A stretch of DNA of 64,000 bases from Eledone cirrhosa (GCA_964016885.1 OZ024743.1:238762001-238826000), one strand, 5' to 3'; shown: positions 42,415 to 57,693, counted from the first letter of the stretch. A program made the numbers and translations. Notes: generated from the letters alone by a model not told the origin.

Positions 42415-43040
42415 TATAAATATATATATATACACATGGTGCCTGCCACCGCGTTTTCGAGTACGGCCACTACTTTATATCCATGTAGGAGAACCCCTAC
42501 CTATGCACTGAACGAGTGTGACTTTTTAGTCCAGCCAGCGTCTTGAAAACTCTGGTACAAACACTACACTTGTGACAATTATTACACATAGTGCTGGGCC
42601 CATGGTACCATGTGATGACAAGGGCAGAGAGATCTCCAGATATAAAGGAATGCCTGTGCCGTGAAGCTTTTATAGTGAGCAAAGGCACTGCACAAAGCCA
42701 GTCCCACTCTCTTAACCAAGTGATATTTACCAAAAAGAAGAACAAGTCAACATCATTGGATACCATCAGGGTTGCAGGTATTATATCAGAGTTTTCCTTG
42801 TCCTAGAATTCTGCCTTGAGAAAGGCTAAGGGGTCATCTCTCTCGGTGATTTTGGATGGCCATTGACTCTAAAGAGCTCCTTTGCCCTTTGACAGGTTTT
42901 GTTTTTAGTCCTCCAGGATGTCCAAAGTCACCCTCCTCACTAAGAAACCTTGGTGGGGTTGCCAGTTTAGTCGCCAATGACTCGACCATGAGACAGGTTG
43001 TACTGGGATACATGTTACCAGTAGCACCAACTGGTGACCT
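42415..43040 (-). mobile_element. Bipartite non-autonomous RTE (5'UTR fused to 3' end)
   Basis: 5'UTR homologous to 45676-46100; the ATG is fused directly to a C2H2 finger, a 3' hairpin and a (TG/TA)n tail. Confidence 0.65.
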
Positions 43041-43492
43041 GACATACATACATACATACATACATACATACATACATACATACATACATACATACATACA
43101 TACAAATATATATTCCTCGTATGTTTTGTTTGTTTCATATATATATATATATATATATATACATGGTCACATACACACACACACACATATATCGAGAGAG
43201 TTCGGTAGACAGAAATACAAAGAAGAGATACCTAGTCGCAGATAAAATAATACATGCATACATACATACATAGATACATAAATATATACATACATAAAAT
43301 ATATATATATATATATATACTACACACACACACACACACGCACAAACACATACATACATGCATATATATATATGTGTGTGTGTATATACACATACATTGT
43401 AATATACATATATTCATATATAATCAAGGTTTAGCAAATAGAGAAAAAGTTTTAAAATAAATTTTAAAAAGTTTACTGTACCAACTATATTT

Positions 43493-43577
43493 AACCTTAC
43501 TGCGCGGTTTCAAGTCTCAAAATTAATGGATAATCCATGCGGAAATCCATTGAGAAGAAGACTTTCGTCAGAGGGTT
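43493..43577 (-). ncRNA. Type I hammerhead with extended helix II, in pLTR direct repeat 43420-43545 / 43903-44029
   Basis: Minus strand: ACCCT-CTGACGA-AAGTCTT..GAGACTT-GAAA-CCGCGC(A/G)G-TA-AGG(T/G)T. Confidence 0.8.
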
Positions 43578-44613
43578 CTTCTCACTCGGAGAATATCAAA
43601 TTCCCGCGTTCAAATCACGAACTGGCGCCATACAGAACTGTTCCCGGATGAGAGTGTATGATGAAGAAACAATTTTGTCTAGTGCCGTGTGTAAAGATAG
43701 AAGGTAGGGGCGGAAAGGTCAATGTACTGCCACTAGAAATAGCAGCAGTTAAACGACCAAAATGTTATCTCGACCAGGGGAGATTAATAATAATAAAGTA
43801 TGTTTTCCTACATGCAAAAAATGTATATAGGGACACATGTATTATCCAACCGTATGCCAATGTGGTTCTATGGCAGGTTAATAAATTAACGAGCCAGAAC
43901 ATTTATAATCAAGGTTTTGCAAATAGAGAAAAAGTTTTAAAATACATTTTAAAAAGTTTACTGTACCTACTATATTTACCCTTACCGCGCGGTTTCAAGT
44001 CTCAAAATAAATGGATAATCCATGCGGAATACACACGCGCATGTATAATAAATATGCATGCACACCCACGCATATCACTATATATATATAGAGAGAGAGA
44101 GAAAGAGGGGGAGAGAGAGTGAGAGAGGGAGAGAGAGTGAGAGAGAGAGGGAGAGAGAGAGAGTGAGAGAGAGAGAGAGAGAGAGAAAGGAGTGGGGTAG
44201 TGAGAGAAAAAGAGAGGGTGAGAGAAAGATATTTTTGTCTGTTCGGTTGTAATATGACCCAGAAAACCTAATGAATAAATGAATTAACAATGTATTTAAC
44301 GGATCTACGTTGCTGGTAGTAATGTGACCAATTGGGTCACATGGCGATCACCTAACTAACACATTGGTGTTTGCACTAGAATTACTTCTGACCAGAGACT
44401 TACACCATACATCACATTTAATTTACATTCACTTCAGTGAAAACGGGTTTCTTTTCTCAATATCTCATCGTATATGTATCGGGTTATTGGCTGATAGTAC
44501 TTTATTGGTTCGAATAAGTCTGTATCTGCATTTATACATATACGTGCAAACAGACACACACAATATATATATTTATATGTGATATGCATACATATATATG
44601 TATATATATAAAT

Positions 44614-44719
<106 letters not shown>

Positions 44720-44750
44720 GGATGTATTAGTTTGTGTATTTATATATAAG

Positions 44751-44786
<36 letters not shown>

Positions 44787-44897
44787 GCAGATACATATCT
44801 ACCATTTGACATATACATATACATATATACACACATGTATAAATTTACGCACGCGCCAGTTCATGCTATATATATATATATATATATATATATGTAA

Positions 44898-45012
<115 letters not shown>

Positions 45013-45028
45013 CATTTATACATATATA

Positions 45029-45082
45029 CAGGACCCCGACGGCAGCGCTCAAGCCGTTTCGACGGCTATATATATATATATA

Positions 45083-45116
<34 letters not shown>

Positions 45117-45162
45117 GCCGTCGAAAAGGCTTGAGCGCTGCCGTCGGGGTCCTGAACCGTTT

Positions 45163-45165
<3 letters not shown>
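45029..45165. mobile_element. Palindromic pLTR fragment with a (TA)n loop, GGGGTCCT family
   Basis: Arms 45029-45068 and 45114-45154; GAAA-(C/A)GGC..GCCG-TC-GGGG. Confidence 0.7.
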
Positions 45166-45205
<40 letters not shown>

Positions 45206-45492
45206 CGAGATAGAGAGAGTGAAGTCTGCAGGGGTGAAACCTTGGAGACCACTGATCATGTGAGTACTCAATGTATGAGTAGATGCAGAGTGGGTACAGA
45301 TATATGTAAAATCCAGACCGCGCCGTGCTGAACACAGGCCGAAATCGCTTGGCACCGCGGTCGGAATTTTACATGTCTCTGTCTCATGAGTGTGTGTATA
45401 TATATAGTGAAAACTTGGACGGGAACAAAAACAGAGAGGCAGTACAAACAAAGGTTTATTAGGTTCACGCTCTTGAGAGTGGGGGTGGTGGT

Positions 45493-45598
<106 letters not shown>

Positions 45599-45675
45599 AG
45601 CCCGACTATTTCTAAGTCCCCGCGCATATACATACACATGCACCCATCTATATATACAAACATGTGTATATACAT

Positions 45676-46172
45676 ATTTACTAACTTTTGGATGGCCGTT
45701 GACCCTTATGAGTTCTTCCGCCCTTTGTAAGGTTTTTTCTTTGTCCTGCAGTGTGTCTAAAATCACCCTCCTCACCAAGTAAACTTGGTGGGGTTGCCGG
45801 TTTAGTCGCTGACGACATGTTGTACTGGGTTACATATTACCAGTAGCACTCAAGAGTGACCCGATCGCGCGGTTAAACCACTGGGAGTGAAGGACCCCTA
45901 GCCTTTGTCAGGGCATTCTTCTAGGAGAAGGCAACTCAGGGAACTGGGATAACTCCGATATAAAACCTGCGGCTCAGTAGTAACCGATGATGTTGATCTT
46001 TTCTTCTTTTCGGGTTATAGCTACTGCCGCTCAGAGAGTGGGATTGGCTCAGTGAATAGTCTTTCCTCACTTTAAAAAATATCTTCATGCACAGGCATTG
46101 CACGATATAATTAATTGATAATTATTAATAATGGTATATCGTGCAATGGCCATACTCGATAACGAGGGGGCA

Positions 46173-46178
<6 letters not shown>
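45676..46178. mobile_element. Bipartite non-autonomous RTE with inverted 5' segment
   Basis: 45676-45868 (minus) and 45880-46100 (plus) match consecutive parts of the 5'UTR at 42640-43040; RTE-like 3' hairpin at 46131-46178. Confidence 0.65.
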
Positions 46179-46226
<48 letters not shown>

Positions 46227-46329
46227 GTATATATATATTATATATATATATATACACATATATATAATATATTTATATACACATACACATATATATATAT
46301 ACATACATACATACGTATTTATATATGTG

Positions 46330-46428
<99 letters not shown>

Positions 46429-46446
46429 TATGTACTTATATACATG

Positions 46447-46492
<46 letters not shown>

Positions 46493-47139
46493 CATACAAA
46501 AGTGTCGGTGATTAACTAACACACTTTAATTAACATATATATATTTATTTATATATATATATATATGTGTGCTTGTGTGTATATATATGTGTGTGTGTGA
46601 GAGAGAGTTATATGTGTGTGTGTGTGTGTATAACCTCCACCTGATTTACTCTTCGTTTCCCTCTGTACACCACCTGCAGTGGGCGTTTGTATAGCAACAC
46701 GGCTTTCTTCTCACTGGCTTCTAAGGTAATCTGGTGATGACAGTCGCTACCAGAAGATCCATACAGAAACTTGTTGCCCTATGTAATTAGTTTGTTTGAA
46801 ATATTACTAATGGTGGTGTAGGTAGTAGTGTTTGTGGTAGTCGTGGTTGTAATGCTGGTCGTGATGGGGAAGGTGTTGGTAGTAGTGGTAGTTTTGATGG
46901 TGATGATTGTCATAGTGGTCATGGCGGTGATGGTGGTTATGTTGGTAGTAGCGGTGTTAGTGTTAATGGTTGTGGATTTAGTGCTGTATGTATTGATAGT
47001 GGATTTCGTGGTGTTGCTGGTGTGGACTTGATGGTTGTGGATTAATGTTGTTAATGTTGTTTGTAGTGGTAGTATTTGTGTTGTTGATAGTGGAGTTGAT
47101 GGTGATTGTAGTAGTGTTGTATGGTGGATTTAATCGATA

Positions 47140-47563
47140 CGCTGTATATGCCGGCGTATTAGACGCGCATTAAAATCTTTTCTGCCTCCCTCCAATCCTC
47201 CCGCATCACCGATAGGATGCCGAACGGTGGGTCAGAACAATCATGATTTAAACATTTAAGTTTGTGTTTCTATTATTTATGATCTGAGTTTAAATCCCGC
47301 CGAGGTTAACTTTGCCTTTCATCCTTACGGGGTCGATAAAATAAAGTACCAGAAATGTAGTGGGTAATTGCTGGCCTTGTGCCCAAAGTAGAACAATTAT
47401 TATTGGTAGAACAGTAATGCAATAGAATTTATATGAGCAAAATGATGTCGAAAAAGCAATGAAATAATTTTCAATAAATTTACGAAGAAATGTACTAAAA
47501 TGTCCTTGTAAAGTCAGGGTGCGTCTTATACTAAGAGGCATCCAATAGACCACCAAATACAGT
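47140..47563. mobile_element. Tc1/pogo-like MITE remnant interrupted by a truncated (ATT)n SINE (47282-47404, +)
   Basis: CTGTAT..CGTATTAGACGC and GCGTCTTATAC..AAATACAG-TA inverted ends. Confidence 0.5.
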
Positions 47564-48161
47564 ATATATATGTATGTTAAAACAATGAAATAAAAAATCA
47601 AGTCATTTGAAATATACTTCACTGCTTTACGATCGTTTCTAGGTGATGATAATACATCGTAACTATACTTCGTTATCGATCTATGTAAGGTTAGTTACAA
47701 AATATCAGATAAGGAGAATATTTACTTACATGAATATCACCAGCTGTTGTCAAAAGCAATAATTTTATTCAAAATTAGTAGTAAATTAGTATTATGTTTA
47801 GTTCTATGACCTTATTTGGAGGTAGTTGAAGAACTAACCAATCAGATTGTTTTTTTCCATATGATGTTAAGATGAAAAATAATTCACTTTAGTTGAGGTC
47901 ATGACCCTTTGAAAGGAATGGTTGAATGGTGTTAATAATAGAATTGCTATAAATAATCTATGAGGAAGAAGGGGATTGTCAAATTGATAGTTGAATGTAT
48001 ATGGTATAGTGAAGTTTAAAGGGAATGTAAAAGTTAAATGTTGAGTTGTGTTGTATGGAGTTTTGGGTGAATATAAATTAAGGTCATGACCAGGAAAGAT
48101 AGTATATTAAAAGATGAAAATTATAATAAGATAATGAAATACAGTAATACAATAATATAAT

Positions 48162-48346
48162 ATAATTGTTTCTACGTTAGGCACAAGGCCAGCAATTACC
48201 CAGTATATTACTGGAACTTTATTTTATCGACCCCGTAAGGATGAAAGGCAAAGTTAACCTTGGCGGGATTTGAACTCAGAATGACAAGGGCCGTAACTCT
48301 ATGCGTCAAAGCATGGCGTCCGACCCTCTACCGATACTGCCAATCC
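48162..48346 (-). mobile_element. tRNA-derived (ATT)n SINE, short subfamily
   Basis: Close match to 290-478. Confidence 0.9.
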
Positions 48347-48741
48347 CCTAATGTAACACAATATAGTACGGTATGGTAAATTGTACTTAGTATAATACAG
48401 CGTATGATACGCCTTAAAATAAATTCAAGTATGTCTATGTATAAGTAATCAAACCAGATAAATACATGTTGACAGTCAAAATGCAAAAATTTCATAGATC
48501 ACAAAGTGCATATACCCACATTATAGATAGAGGTATAGTTATATTGATACTCAACTAAAAATATACATACGCATAAATAGATGCAAACGTATAGATACAT
48601 CTACACATGTGCACACAATCATACATACATATATTTATATATATATATATTTACATATATACACCTATACACACATATATATATGTAAGTACACACACAT
48701 ACATGTACTCACACACATATAAACATTCATACACATATACT

Positions 48742-48865
<124 letters not shown>

Positions 48866-49063
48866 CATATCATACATACACACATTTTATTTTTACTTTT
48901 TATTTCATTTTTTTATTTTATTGTTATAACATATATCATGAGTCTGTTTTCCTTTTAATGTTTTATTGTTTTCCGGGATTTATTTTAGCTTACAACATTT
49001 TCAACATACGAATTACATTGAGTTCTTCATGCAGACTAGACCCCACAACTTACTGTGGATATC

Positions 49064-49098
<35 letters not shown>

Positions 49099-49539
49099 TA
49101 TAAAGTTTAATGAGAGGAGCCCGGACAGGTTGAATTTCCTTAATTATTTATTTCTGCAAACACTATGCACATTTCAGTGGTCAGTTTTGAAACGCTAGTG
49201 TATAAGAATTCGTAGGAAGCTGTTAAAACAGTAAAATTACATCGAAGCGACGTTGGGTAAAAGGAGAGAAATCAGCGGCTGTGGCTAGCAGGAATTTGGC
49301 GTTGTTTCTTCTACCAAATTTCACTCGTAATATCTTAGAAAGCCCTGGTTATATAGAAGAGTTGTTCTATATGTTGCGCTCATTGGAATCGAGTTTGGGT
49401 TCACTTGGTTGCGAGCGAACTTCTTAACCTTAGATCCATGCCCGTACCTATATCCTCGAAGGTATACCAAGCTTGGCTACAGTCCAAGGAATTAAACTAC
49501 CAAATAACAATAACTTCCCTCGATAAATATGTAGTTTGT

Positions 49540-49860
49540 ACTCAAGTAAGAAATATCATTATTGAGAGTATAACATTAAACCTCACCGTCCCATCTCTCC
49601 ACATGTAGTAAAACAATTTACTATAAGCATATATATCAGATAACTGACATTTAGAATCCATATAGAATAATTTTCTATACGAAACAGTCGGTGTCTCCCC
49701 TTGGACCAGGCTTTGCTAATTTCTATATGTGAAATATAGAATTGCCGATAAGTTGATAAAATGTATGGAGTTTTTTAAGGACATCCGTTAGTTTATTACA
49801 CATGGATAATTCTAGAAAAAAACAAAACATACTGTACTTAAATTCACTTACAATATATGA
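49540..49860 (+). pseudogene. Old Penelope-like RT fragment
   Basis: Translates to FYT..SPLGPGFANFYM*NIE. Confidence 0.55.
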
Positions 49861-50045
49861 ACAGGGGTGCAAACTTAACGACATGGTTATGGAGGTCGCT
49901 TTGCAATCACGGAGAATCGGTTTCAATCCCACTGCATGGCTCATTGGGCAAACGTCTTCTGCTATCGTCTCCAGTTCACCAATGCCATTTGATTGAAATT
50001 TGTTGAACAGAAATTGTGGAAGTCCTTCATATCTATCTATCTATA

Positions 50046-50118
<73 letters not shown>

Positions 50119-50295
50119 CTCTGTATATGTGCATGTGCATGTGCATGTGTGTATATGTAGCGGCGTATTGTAGAAGTTATAATTATCTACTAAAACCTTT
50201 CCCATAGCATTAGCAACTATATCTTATGCTGTTATAAACTGAAAGGGTAGCTTGGCCGCCAAACCAAACAACTCCAATAAAATACACACGCACGC

Positions 50296-50376
<81 letters not shown>

Positions 50377-50575
50377 GTGTATGACGGTAAATATATATTA
50401 TCTCCTCTGACGGGATGTGCTCATTCTCAACTTCAACCAAGAAGAAACAGTTCAAACCGAGTAAACGTGGACGATATTACAGTAATCTGCGGTCTTCCCG
50501 GTCTAAATACCGCGAGGATTATGTATATATGTATATATATATATATATAAATATATACATATGTACATCCATATG

Positions 50576-50613
<38 letters not shown>

Positions 50614-50618
50614 CATAT

Positions 50619-50660
<42 letters not shown>

Positions 50661-50675
50661 TTATATACATATATG

Positions 50676-50905
<230 letters not shown>

Positions 50906-51359
50906 AATATTTACATATGTATGAAGATATATATATATATATATATATAATATTCGTGCTGAAATGAGACACCACCTATGATGTAGACATTTTTCAGCCC
51001 CTACCACCGCTGCCCCCAATCCTTATACATAATAATGTTTATCTGTTGCCATGGTGAACCATACAGCGTTGTGTTCATGCATGACTGCATCGTTGCGTGT
51101 GTTCCCATAGTTTCTACTCACTAAAGGGGACAACTGATTATATTTATCAATTAGCTTGATTAGGTTGGTACAGCACCTGTCGAAAACACTATGATATACA
51201 CACACACAAGCACACACACACAGACACAGACACACACACACATACGCACCTATATATTAAGAGAGAGAGAGAGAGAGAGAAAGAGGAGAAAGAAACAGGA
51301 ATAAACTGATATTTATATATGTGCATAGTATATATATATATATAATATAATTATTTGTC

Positions 51360-51411
<52 letters not shown>

Positions 51412-51603
51412 TTTGTCATATAATATATGTATGTGTATATATATATATATATATATATTAGACTGATACAAGCAATATGCATATATAATAAATACATTAT
51501 ATATATGCATATATGTATATAAATAAATATATATATATATATATAATTTATATATATATATATAATTATATATATATATATAATATATATATATATACAT
51601 ATA

Positions 51604-51713
<110 letters not shown>

Positions 51714-51815
51714 TAATTTATAGTTTATGTATATATATAAAATTATATAATGAGGATATATATGAATAATATATATACATAAATGTATGTGTGTGCGTCT
51801 CTCTGTGTGTGTATT

Positions 51816-51863
<48 letters not shown>

Positions 51864-52328
51864 CATCACACACACACATATATATATATATAATTAACAT
51901 CAAAAATCCGAAAATATTCTTGTAAGGCTGTGTCAACTGGGTACATACGAATGAATTCCAGGTTTATATATACACACACACATATATATATATGTGTGTG
52001 CGTGTGTGTATGTGTATGTGTGTTTATTTACCTTAAATTTCAAGTTTATGTTTACTATACGATTGCGCAGTTAAGTTGTTAGTTTTACATCAACGTGTTT
52101 TCATGTTCGTCCTCATGTTTGGCATTTATATTACACTATAGCTCCTGTTTAAGCAATGCATTGAGTGTGCTAAGCACTTCATATATAATACCACTGGCTA
52201 TCCGCAAAATACTTATAGTTTGCACCCCAAACGTATAATTGTGATTATACTAAGGTATATCCTAATGTTTGTTGAGTGAGACGGAGTCCGGTCGGAGTAT
52301 TGCTTAAAGCTTTCTCTGTTAATGTATT

Positions 52329-52426
<98 letters not shown>

Positions 52427-52460
52427 AATATATATTAATGTAATCGGAGATTTTTGAATA

Positions 52461-52540
52461 TTAATAATTGTTTCTACTTTTGGTACAAGGCCAGCAATTA
52501 TTCCAGTGTATTGCTGGTACTTTATTTTATCGACCCCGTA
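52461..52540 (-). mobile_element. (ATT)n SINE 3' fragment
   Basis: AATAATTGTTTCTAC..TTTATCGACCCCGTA on the plus strand. Confidence 0.85.
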
Positions 52541-54187
52541 GCTCCAGGCACATTTGGTCTTGTTTAAAAGTTCAGAGTTCACGAATCAACATGGATTTGG
52601 AACCGGCACCGTGCAATCCCCGAAACTAAAAGATCGAACGGACCACACCCAGCAGCCACTAGCTATTTGATCCACAGGTACATTTCCCAGAGAGTCCACG
52701 CAGCTGATAGTGAATCCCAGTTGATTCGTGAACTCTGAACTTTTAAACAAGACCAAATGTGCCTGGAGCTATGCAGATGACTACATACGCATAATGGATA
52801 TCGCGCCCACAAGGTCACCTGTATTATTTATCCTGCTGTATGTGTGTAAAGTACCCGTGCGTGGGATATCCCTGAGTACATTTTCTTGACTATCAATGGT
52901 TAATTGATTGTTTGTTAATTACGCAGGGGTATACCATTATGTCTTTGTTAATCATATGTGATGCTGTATGGGTGTAAAGTATCCGAGAGCGGGATATCCC
53001 TGAGCTAATTTTGCTTAACTGTTAATTGTTTATTGATTTTTTGTTAATTAGGCAGGAATATATTATTATGTCTTTGTTAATCCTGTATCAATAATTTTAT
53101 AGTAATTTTTTTTAATCCTGTATCAATAGTTTCATCATAATTTTGTAATAATTTTATAATAATTTTGTAATAATTTTGTGATAATTTTATAATAATTTTT
53201 TGATAGTACATTATTAGATTACTGAAGCTACCTTATACCTTCTTAAAAATACATTTTATAATTATTGTTTTTTAAAAATACATTTTATAATTATTGTCTT
53301 TTTGCTTATGTATTTTCTTACTTATAATTCTCTTTAATCTTGCCCAACTTGATAAGATCTTTGGATTGCTCCCTAATTAAATTACTTAAATTACTTAAAT
53401 TATTTTATCTATTATACCTAAGTTATATCTGTTGAACCAGCCCTTTGAAAATTCCTCGGATATCCCAAATACCGTAATTTTTAACTTTTAATTTATAATT
53501 TTCCCCAATTCGTTTATACATATCCTTAAAGGCTCTCTAAAATTTTAATTCTTCGAAGGGTCTCTCGGAGGAGGTTCCTATTAAAAATATTAAAGGGGCC
53601 TCTTCTGAGGGGTTTATTGAAGGCTTTTTGAATTGACCTTTAATTGATTAGTTTCTCTCAATTTAGTAGGGATTATCAAAACTTCGTAAATTTTAGAAAA
53701 TTTTTTAACGAGATCTCTGGGGAAGAAGGTTTTTTTTCTTTCGAAAGAAATTTTTTTCTCTCGGGGGAACTTCTTGGGAAACTTTATAGTTTTTAGGGAA
53801 ATTTTATATCTTTATTTTTTTTTTTAATTTTATTAGTCTCTTAATCTCTTCTAGTTTGTTAAATTTATTGGGGCTTGTAAACTTTATGCACTTATTGAGG
53901 GATTTTTTAGGGTGCTTCTACGAGATCCCAAGTCTTTTACTTTTAATACGTAAATTATAAATTATCTCATTTTTAACCTTCAATCCCTGACTCTCAGGAC
54001 ATTTTCAAATTCTCTTAATTCCCCATAACCCATCCCTTTTACATTTCCGACAACTAATATAACGGAGCCCCCTTAGAATATAGACCCCAAATATACAAGC
54101 GGAGCTGCTGATGTATACCACAATTTCACACTGCTAGTCTTAAGTGATACGTTGATGTAAATAATGAACTTACAATCACATGTTATA

Positions 54188-54234
54188 TGCCTTGAAAAGT
54201 CCCACCATATGGTCGGACGAAACGGCTGTCGGCA
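54188..54234 (+). ncRNA. Hammerhead, U3-A8 variant
   Basis: TGCC-TTGAAAA-GTCC..GGAC-GAAA-CGGCTG-TC-GGCA. Confidence 0.75.
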
Positions 54235-54582
54235 ATAAACTTGTTATAATGTCATAATAGTTCCTTTGTTCTTTTTCATTAATATTTCTGCTCTGCTTAT
54301 ACGCATAGAGCTTAACTAGCTACCGTCACATATTTGGTAGGTCAGACGTGATCATCGCGATTCACATACGACCTACCATACATCTTGCGTATATATATAT
54401 ATATATATACACTACCGAAACTATATTAAGGATGTCATGTATGAGAATATCAGAATCATACGCCATACGACCTGTAGAATAAGCTCAAAGATTCCCAGTA
54501 GTAAATCCGAGCATTTATCTTAAATTAAAAGTAGGATGACATATATAAAATAAAAACATCAAACAATTACAGAGGATAATGC

Positions 54583-54642
<60 letters not shown>

Positions 54643-55637
54643 GTGTTTATTTCCAGGTACCTTATAAATTTGACTTTCCGTATTTATTACTGTTGTGCGA
54701 TATTGTGGTTTTTATTGGTTGTAACTTCTCTGTTTTTAGCCTAAGAAAATATATATATGCCTATGTATATATTTACATGCATACATTTATTTTTTAACAT
54801 TAATTGAGTTCTTTACACGAGGAATTGATATTAGTTTTGAAATAACTTATTAACCTGCGTGTGTTTTATATTTTACTCTTAATTCGGCCGGAGATTTACA
54901 TTCCCATTTGCCCTTTAAAGCATAACTTTCCGTATTTACTACGGTTACGAGATGCCGTTTCTTATTCAGGTACAACCTCTGATTTTAGCCTAAGAAAATA
55001 TCTATATGCGTGTGTAATTTATACACGCATATATTTCTTTTTTTAATTTCAATTGAGTTCTTAACACGTTGGATTGATAATGTTTTCGAAAAAACTGATT
55101 AACCCGCGTGTATATTATTTTTTTTCCTCCTTTCGTGGATCGTAGTTGTCTCCCCTTCCCGCTTAGTGACGCTATAATAGTCAAAAACTGCTGGAATTTC
55201 AAATTTGCCGGTCATTCGATGCGGGAAGGAGCAACTTAACAGACACGATTTTTAACTGCGGTAAGAAAAATGATTTTCTTATATCAAAGTTTAATGGGCT
55301 TTCACTGATGATTTATAAGCTTATAAGCGCCCACCTAAATATATTCTTACTTGAATATATATTAGGCTTCTACATAAACTGGAAATATTCTCCGAATGTG
55401 TAGAAAACTTATAATGAAACAATTGTTTGGAAAGAGAGATATATTTTAACTTTAATTATATCTCATAAAATAATACAACTGGCTTTTCCACATAATACAT
55501 ATTGTTAGCACCCCAAACACTTAAATTGGGTTTATATTAAAATATAACCTAATATTTGTTGAGTGAGATGGTTACCAGTCAGAGATTAGCATTAAACTAT
55601 CTCTGTTATTGTATTAATAATTCATATATATTTATAT

Positions 55638-57015
55638 ATTTATATTATAAAGCTGACAGCTGTATGTATGTAACAAACGTTTCGCCAAACGGCTGGACCA
55701 AACAGCACCAAATTTGCACCATAGATGTAACTTTTTCCAAGTAAGAAAGTGAGCATATTTTTGTCTTCTAAATTTCGTTAAAAGATTAAAGATATTTTAT
55801 CGTTTATTTAAATATTCACTTCTTTAAGATTTTCAAATGTCAACACTTCCGATTACACGATATTCCCCTCTCTTTCTTAGTCTGTCTTTTTAAATAGTTA
55901 CATAGCTATAACGTCGCGCATTATAATATATTTCTGTATGTCTGGCTATCTGCATTAGATACATAGCTATAACGTCGCACGCTTATCATATCTGTCTGTC
56001 TTCACGAACCAAAGTATCGTCTTCCTGTTTTCCTTCGGTTGCAACGTTTTTCGAAATAAATACTTCTGCCTTCACAGATTGATGTTTTTTAGTTTCAGAA
56101 GATCCCGTTAAGGGTGAAAGCAGTGATTATTTGCTTAAACTTTACTCTGTTATTTTAATATATATATAAGTATGTACATGTAGATACATATATGTATACA
56201 GACGTACGGCTGTATACATATATGTATCTACGTGTACATACTTATATTTAAGTAACATCCGTACTAAGCGTGGGAAATGAAATTTCGTTTCATTTTTTTC
56301 CGTTTAATATATATATATAATTATATATTCGTGTACAGATATTTTTGCATACACAAAAAGAAAATATAAACAAACGTATTTATTTTACGTAAGCACAGAC
56401 AGCTTATCGTCATTGTTACTGCTGATACGCCACCCCAAAAGTCCCAGCTTGGCCGCAAGATCAGATTTTCCAGACGAAAATATGTTACTAGAGCAACAGA
56501 GAGACTAAGTTTCGCGATTACCATTAACAAAGCTCAGGGTCCAACCCTAAAAGTGGCTGGCCCTCATCTGGGTAAATCATGCTTCGCCCATGGTCAATTG
56601 TATGTGGGATGCTCTAGGGAGGGGGGGGGGGGGCTCACCAATCAATCTCTTCCTCTTCGCTCCCGATGACCGAACAAAAAATATTGTATACTCTGAGGCT
56701 CTAGCAATGTAATTTATGTATTTTCTGTTACTTGGAATTTCCATTATGGTTGTTCAAATTATTGTAAAGTTTGTTAAAAAATGTGTTCTCTGTTCGGCCT
56801 TTATTGTTGTAACTATCAATTTTCTTTAACGTACTAGCTGCTGAACTGGGGAATCCTGAAAACTATTCAAACCCAACATCAGAGCACGTTAACTCCCACC
56901 CCTACCCTCGCTGACTTGAGAGGGCGTGCGGTATCTTTGCACTGGAGTGGAGGAGGAATCCTGAAATGATAAAATGCCGGTATACCTGGCCGCGCCAGCT
57001 GGACGGGCCAGCTAG
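55638..57015 (+). mobile_element. Probable non-autonomous Helitron (contains a pLTR fragment at 56005-56160)
   Basis: 5' TTATATTATAAAG..(TGTA)n..AAACGGCTGGACC; 3' hairpin TGGCC..GGCCA followed by CTAG|T at 57012-57016. Confidence 0.55.
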
Positions 57016-57693
57016 TATAATATATATATATATATATTTATATATAATCATAGATTAGATGTTTCTATGTGTGCGTGCTTGTGTTTAGGAGAACAAACAA
57101 TCTCAATTATACATACGTAAATAGAAAGATAGAAATATACTTTGGGACACATTGCTGATTAGTGGCAAGAGAAATACCTGTGAATCATACGTTGCAGAGG
57201 CTGGACCTGAACACTAATCAATATATTACCTTCGTTTGTTTTTTGTTACCTTTATAATTGTCGTTTGATACCCACCTACATCCTCACCTAATCTCGAACA
57301 TCACCTTTCATATTTTGTCTCCAAATGGTGTGTAGAACCACCTCACTTGGCGGTCCTGGTTCGCTTTGTATTTTGGGTCGATTTAATTGGAAAACAGTTG
57401 TACGGGCGGCAACAAGACAGGCTATTTACTCTGAATGGGGTAATATATGTTTATCAGGGAGAGCTGAGAGTTCTATCAGATGATGATATACTGTACACAC
57501 TTGAGTGTAAGTTATTAGTATTTTACAATAAACTACCAACACGCACACAGAAACACGCACTGCTAAAGGTGCGTGTGGAGACATACATATAAATTTACAC
57601 GTACACATACACACATACACGCGCACACACATATATACTACATTTATATATCTGAGTATATATATGACTATATAATTGTTTCTAGTCTCTCTC

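Noticed and set aside
42900-43040. Possible HDV or twister ribozyme in the RTE 5'UTR (CTAA and GAGGAGGG motifs)
   Set aside because: Required pseudoknot pairings were not found by eye in both copies; needs a covariance-model search
46828-47130. Poly-Val ORF (and the poly-Thr ORF at 36541-36747)
   Set aside because: Degenerate (GTG/GTA)n and (ACC)n microsatellites
52190-52325. Dispersed repeat (also 55478-55620) with TTGAGTGA-GAC..GTC-GGAG resembling a hammerhead
   Set aside because: The repeat is real, but the core lacks GAAA and has the wrong spacing in both copies
52760-52800. YADD-like translation (CAWSYADDY)
   Set aside because: No other RT motifs in frame and nearby stops; probably chance
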